Shown: in pieces, positions 59,737 through 64,000 of the stretch | Numbering within the stretch: the first letter of the stretch is position 1 | Layout: each line of letters starts with the position of its first letter | DNA from: Synergistales bacterium | Lineage (GTDB): Bacteria; Synergistota; Synergistia; Synergistales; JAFGMB01 | NCBI GenBank assembly: GCA_963666205.1 | Contig: OY762654.1 | Span: forward strand, 2,816,001-2,880,000 | Reading direction: 5' to 3' | DNA length: 64,000 nt | The notes under the pieces: generated by a model | The model's database searches: none | What the model saw: only the letters and a program-made list of their open reading frames with translations | What the model was told of the DNA's origin: nothing | Position numbers and translations under genes: made by a program

Positions 59737-60863
59737 AAATCTATAATAAAGCAGTCATTGTAGGGATTGAAACTCCTGATGATATTTTTGAGACTTCTGT
59801 GCTGCTTGAGGAGCTTAAACTTCTCCTTTCAAATCTGAACATATATGTTGTCGGTGAGGTAGTTCAAAAAAGGAGAGCCCAAGACCCGGCTTTTCTTATA
59901 GGAAAAGGCAAAAGTACAGAGGTGTCTCTTTTTTGTAAAACCCAAGGTGCAGATCTTCTTGTTACTGATGAAGAGCTGACCCCGATCCAAAAGTTGAACC
60001 TGAAGAAAGCTACAGGACTAGAGGTCTGGGATCGTCCCTATGTGATAATGAAAATCTTTGAAGCCAGGGCTCATACAGCAGAAGCCAAACTTCAGGTTGA
60101 GCTTGCCAGATGCAGGTATGAAATTCCCCACCTGAAGGGACTTGGATTGCAGATGTCAAGACCTGGTGGTGGAATAGGGACTAGAGGACCGGGTGAAACT
60201 GAGTTTGAAAGGCATAGGCGAAAGCTGGAGAGAAAAATAAAAAACATTTCAGCCAGTCTTGATGAAGTAAAAAAACGGAGGAGCCTCCAGAGAAAGCGAA
60301 GAAAGAAAGCGGGTCTTGTCACTTTTTCTCTTGCCGGTTATACGAACAGTGGTAAATCAACACTTCTGAAGATTCTTTCTTCTGATAAGAGCATCATTGT
60401 AAAAGATCAGCTTTTCTGTACACTTGATACTTTTGTAAGACAAATCCTTCTCCCCAGCGGGAAGAAAGTATTGTTAGCAGATACGGTTGGCTTTATAAGG
60501 AAATTACCGCCGGATCTTGTGGCAGCATTCAGGACAACCCTTGAAGAGATTGTCCTTTCAGATGTTATCCTGATAGTACTTGATGGCAGTCTCGAAAAGG
60601 TTATGGAGCATTTTGCGGTAATTCAGGAAACGATTCATAATTTTGGAGCGTCCCGGATACCCCGGTTGATAATCTTAAATAAAATGGATCTGGTAACTGA
60701 AGAAGATAGAAACTTTTTACTTTCAAGGTTTATCCATATGGGTGAAAATGTGGTTGCAGTTAGTGCTTTAACCGGGTTAGGTCTTGATACGTTAAAAGAA
60801 AAACTGGAGAAGGAAACTATCCTTTCCAGGGATATGAAGAGGAGTGAAGGTTATGCTTCTTAG
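59733..60863 (+). CDS. hflX: GTPase HflX
   Basis: EAKLQVELA, GTRGPGE, GYTNSGKS, DTVGFI, NKMD. Confidence 0.96.
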   Translation: MKIYNKAVIVGIETPDDIFETSVLLEELKLLLSNLNIYVVGEVVQKRRAQDPAFLIGKGKSTEVSLFCKTQGADLLVTDEELTPIQKLNLKKATGLEVWDRPYVIMKIFEARAHTAEAKLQVELARCRYEIPHLKGLGLQMSRPGGGIGTRGPGETEFERHRRKLERKIKNISASLDEVKKRRSLQRKRRKKAGLVTFSLAGYTNSGKSTLLKILSSDKSIIVKDQLFCTLDTFVRQILLPSGKKVLLADTVGFIRKLPPDLVAAFRTTLEEIVLSDVILIVLDGSLEKVMEHFAVIQETIHNFGASRIPRLIILNKMDLVTEEDRNFLLSRFIHMGENVVAVSALTGLGLDTLKEKLEKETILSRDMKRSEGYAS

Positions 60864-61737
60864 CATGACGGGTTTCAGTAGAGTCTCCAGGGATTTTAAT
60901 TGGGGCAGAATTTCTGTGGAAATGTCCTCGATAAATCACAGATACCAGGAAATAACGCTACGACTTGCAAAAGAACTGAGCTCTTTTGAACCTCAGATAA
61001 ACCAACAGATAAGAAAATCTTTCAGAAGAGGCAAGATCAAACTCAGAGTTGATCTTGTTCTGGCGGCAAAAATATGTGCAGCCCAGATTAATAGCGAAAT
61101 TCTTGAACGCTATTATCGACAGCTTGATGAGTCCAGAGATCATTTGAAAATAATCGAAAATATTCGAATAGAGAGTCTACTGCAACTTCCAGGAGTTCTG
61201 GATTCCCCATCATTTACCAGCCTTATCGAAGAGGAGGGGGAGTCCTGCCTTTCTCAAGTGGTAGATGAAGCAATAACATCTCTTATTGAGATGAGACAAA
61301 ATGAAGGAGAACATCTCTTTGAGGATATTTCAATGAACCTTGCATCTTTTGAGAAAATAATTGATTCAATTGATTCTTATTGGGATAAGGGCAGAGAAGA
61401 ATCTTTATCAGCTTTTCAGCAACGTCTGGGTAAACTTATTACAGATCATGAAGGAGATCTGGATGTTGGCAGACTAGCCCAGGAAGTTGCTATCCTTGCA
61501 GATAAATGGGATATTTCTGAAGAACTCTCCAGATCCAGAAGTCATCTTTTAAAGTTCAGATCCACCCTTGCCATGGCAACTTCTGAAGGTAGGAAACTTG
61601 ACTTTCTGCTTCAGGAAATGAATCGTGAGATCAATACAATGGGTTCCAAAATATCTGATGCAAGTCTGAGATGGATGGTAGTCGAGGGTAAGACTTTTCT
61701 TGAAAGAATACGGGAACAAGTCCAGAATGTGGAGTGA
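60853..61737 (+). CDS. yicC: YicC/YloC family endoribonuclease
   Basis: [45 protein letters not shown]. Confidence 0.94.
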   Translation: MLLSMTGFSRVSRDFNWGRISVEMSSINHRYQEITLRLAKELSSFEPQINQQIRKSFRRGKIKLRVDLVLAAKICAAQINSEILERYYRQLDESRDHLKIIENIRIESLLQLPGVLDSPSFTSLIEEEGESCLSQVVDEAITSLIEMRQNEGEHLFEDISMNLASFEKIIDSIDSYWDKGREESLSAFQQRLGKLITDHEGDLDVGRLAQEVAILADKWDISEELSRSRSHLLKFRSTLAMATSEGRKLDFLLQEMNREINTMGSKISDASLRWMVVEGKTFLERIREQVQNVE

Positions 61738-61742
61738 TAAGA

Positions 61743-62006
61743 ATGCCGTATAAGCTAGTTCATATAGGTTTTGGCAATATGTTAGTGGCGGAACGTATTG
61801 TTGCAATTATTCATCCATCCTCTGCCCCTATAAAAAGGTTGAAAGAGGAGGCAAAAGAAGGAGCTCGTCTTATTGATGCTACCCAGGGAAGGAAGACAAG
61901 GGCCATTATAGTTACGGACAGCAATCATGTTGTGCTCTCTGCAATTCAACCTGAGACAATCGTCCATCGTTTTGAGAGTGAAAGTGAAGATGCATCACAG
62001 GATTAG
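61743..62006 (+). CDS. remA: RemA/DUF370 family regulator
   Basis: [33 protein letters not shown]. Confidence 0.92.
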   Translation: MPYKLVHIGFGNMLVAERIVAIIHPSSAPIKRLKEEAKEGARLIDATQGRKTRAIIVTDSNHVVLSAIQPETIVHRFESESEDASQD

Positions 62007-62556
62007 TGGACATCTTTTTATAATTTCCGGACCAAGTGGTGCTGGCAAGGGTACTTTGAGAAAGCTTCTTTTTGAGAGAATACCTGATCTGATATTTTCT
62101 ATTTCCTGTACAACACGCTCTCCAAGAGAGGGTGAGCTTGACGGGGTTGACTATCATTTTATTGATGAAGTATCTTTCAGACGTATGATAGCAAGAGGTA
62201 AATTTCTTGAATGGGCTAAGGTGCATGATAATTATTATGGAACCTTAAGAGAAGATGTAGAAAGAGAATTATGTGCCGGCAAAAATGTTATCCTTGAAAT
62301 AGATGTCCAGGGTGCTCATCAGGTCAAGATGAATTGCCCTGGTGCAATCATGATATTCGTTGCTCCTCCATCTATTTCAGAACTGGAGAAAAGACTTAGG
62401 AAAAGAGGGACTGAAGAGGAAACAGTTCTTCAGGTCCGTCTTCAGAATGCCATTGCAGAAATGGATGATTCTTACTGTTTTGACCATCTGATAGTGAATG
62501 ACGAGGTTGCACGGGCAGTTAACGAACTGGAAAATGTCATACATAGTTATGAATAG
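61990..62556 (+). CDS. gmk: Guanylate kinase
   Basis: [36 protein letters not shown]; start ATG 61990. Confidence 0.96.
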   Translation: MHHRISGHLFIISGPSGAGKGTLRKLLFERIPDLIFSISCTTRSPREGELDGVDYHFIDEVSFRRMIARGKFLEWAKVHDNYYGTLREDVERELCAGKNVILEIDVQGAHQVKMNCPGAIMIFVAPPSISELEKRLRKRGTEEETVLQVRLQNAIAEMDDSYCFDHLIVNDEVARAVNELENVIHSYE

Positions 62557-62584
62557 AAGAATTCTGATACTGGAGGAATGAAAT

Positions 62585-62839
62585 TTGAAGTTTTATGATA
62601 TTGATAAACTTGCTGAAAAAAATGGTATTACAAACAAATATCTTCTGACATCCATGGTTTCAATAAGGGCGAGACAGATCAGCGAGTCCAAGTTAAGGTT
62701 GCTGGAAGAAGGGAAGGAAAAATATATTTCTCTTGCTCTGGAAGATCTGGATAAGGTAAAGATAATGATCCTCGATCCGGAGAAATCTTTCGAAGAAAGA
62801 GGATCAGGAGAGCAAACTGATGTTAAGTTGGAAGAATAA
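62585..62839 (+). CDS. rpoZ: RNA polymerase omega subunit
   Basis: NKY.L...RARQI...K.ISLALE; lies between gmk and coaBC. Confidence 0.85.
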   Translation: MKFYDIDKLAEKNGITNKYLLTSMVSIRARQISESKLRLLEEGKEKYISLALEDLDKVKIMILDPEKSFEERGSGEQTDVKLEE

Positions 62840-64000
62840 TCGAAAAGTTCTTCTTGGAATAACGGGGGGCATATCCGCGTATAAAACGCCCGATATCCTC
62901 AGAGAGCTTATCAAGAATGGCTGTGATGTTGAGGTTGTGTTGACCGAAGATGCCGAGAATTTCGTTAGCCCTATGGTACTCTCAACACTGCTGTCCAAGA
63001 AGGTCTGGAGACAGAAAGACTTTCTTTCCTCAGATGAGGGCTGGAAAATCCCCCATATCCATCTTGCTGATTGGGCCGAGATAATTCTGATAGCGCCCGC
63101 AACTGCAGAAAGTATTTCAAGAGCAGCCAGGGGGGAAGCCAGTTCTTTGTTGGGCGCTGTTTTACTGGCTGCCAGGTGTCCTGTTCTGTTTTTCCCGGCT
63201 ATGAACGTTAACATGTGGGAGCACAAGGCTACAGGTTCAAATCTGGCTGCTATTACGGAAATGGGTTACCAGATCGTTGAACCTGCATCTGGAGATCTTG
63301 CATGCGGCTACAGTGCAAAGGGAAGGCTTCCAGACAAAGAAGTAATTATTCATGAAATCTGGAGAACTCTTTGCCCGGTGCAAGATCTTTCTGGGAAAAA
63401 CGTACTGGTAACGGCTGGTCCTACCTGGGAGTTCCTTGATCCCGTTCGCTTCCTTTCCAATCCCAGCAGCGGGAAAATGGGTTTTGCACTGGCTCGAACA
63501 GCCTGGTACCGTGGGGCAAATGTCACTGTCGTAAGGGGTCCCGTCGAATTATCTGATATTCATGATCTTGTCATTATCCCCGTTACCTCGGCAAAAGAGA
63601 TGCTGGATGCTGTAATTAGTGTACTTCCAGGGGCCGATTATATCGTTAAGGCTGCTGCAGTAGGCGATTACAGGCCTGCCTCAATCTCGGAGCATAAAAT
63701 CAAGAGGCATGAAAAAGATACGGTTCTCCTTGAACTTATACAGAATCCTGATATAGCATTTGAAGTTGGAAGACGAAAAAGGCATGATCAGATACTTGTA
63801 GGATTTGCTGCTGAAAGTCAGAACCTTCTCAGAAATGCCACAATGAAAATGCAGAAAAAGAATCTTGATTTCATTGTGGTTAACGATATAACTGCCTCTG
63901 ATGCCGGTTTTCGCACAGATACCAATACTGTTAAGATAATAAATTCTTTAGGTACCTCCCGTGATATTTCAGGATCAAAAGAGTATGTTGCTTCTACTAT
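62820..64000 (+). CDS. coaBC: Bifunctional PPC decarboxylase/ligase CoaBC, 3'-truncated (not in the ORF track)
   Basis: Translated by eye from ATG 62820: LLGITGGISAYK, APATA, PAMNVNMW, LACG...GRL, VTAGPT.E..DPVRF.SN.SSGKMG, AAAVGDY, GFAAES. Confidence 0.95.
   Translation, partial: MLSWKNNRKVLLGITGGISAYKTPDILRELIKNGCDVEVVLTEDAENFVSPMVLSTLLSKKVWRQKDFLSSDEGWKIPHIHLADWAEIILIAPATAESISRAARGEASSLLGAVLLAARCPVLFFPAMNVNMWEHKATGSNLAAITEMGYQIVEPASGDLACGYSAKGRLPDKEVIIHEIWRTLCPVQDLSGKNVLVTAGPTWEFLDPVRFLSNPSSGKMGFALARTAWYRGANVTVVRGPVELSDIHDLVIIPVTSAKEMLDAVISVLPGADYIVKAAAVGDYRPASISEHKIKRHEKDTVLLELIQNPDIAFEVGRRKRHDQILVGFAAESQNLLRNATMKMQKKNLDFIVVNDITASDAGFRTDTNTVKIINSLGTSRDISGSKEYVAST

Noticed and set aside
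1-64000. CRISPR arrays, IS elements, prophage, in-frame UGA selenoproteins and the many antisense ORFs in the track
   Set aside because: No repeat-spacer arrays, transposases or phage genes were seen. No gene appeared truncated at a Cys-equivalent UGA. The antisense ORFs are shadows of well-supported genes.

Overview
64 kb of a bacterial chromosome, mostly housekeeping genes. The gene order is Firmicutes-like (tadA-tRNA-Ser-ffs, veg-ispE-purR, yicC-remA-gmk-rpoZ-coaBC, a T-box), yet a Kdo-activating kdsB is present. That fits a diderm anaerobe such as a member of Synergistota; this is inference, not shown. Core content: glnS, rpsB-tsf-pyrH-frr, hpf, hypAB-pcrA-coaE-cca-M50 protease-surE, T-box-argGH, a 10-gene pur operon on the minus strand, lepA-hemW, yedF/pncA divergent from selA-selB, and trpS-scpAB-rluB-cmk-plsC-hflX. 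RNA elements: tRNA-Ser(CGA), tRNA-Ser(GGA), a CAU tRNA (probably Ile2), SRP RNA, a c-di-GMP-I riboswitch and an Arg T-box. No mobile element, CRISPR array or rRNA was seen. The most interesting part is the first 6.7 kb: TRAP permease, kdsB, a non-DHDPS DapA-family aldolase, fucI and a ribulokinase. Together these read as a Kdo scavenging system: import Kdo, then either activate it to CMP-Kdo or cleave it to pyruvate + D-arabinose -> D-ribulose -> D-ribulose-5-P. Other items: an uncalled 35-aa ORF with its own promoter and terminator, a riboswitch-controlled unknown protein, a tandem nitrilase-fold protein with an apparently inactive second domain, tadA running into tRNA-Ser, and a CoaE-CutA-like fusion. 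All calls come from motif recognition by eye; no database search was run.
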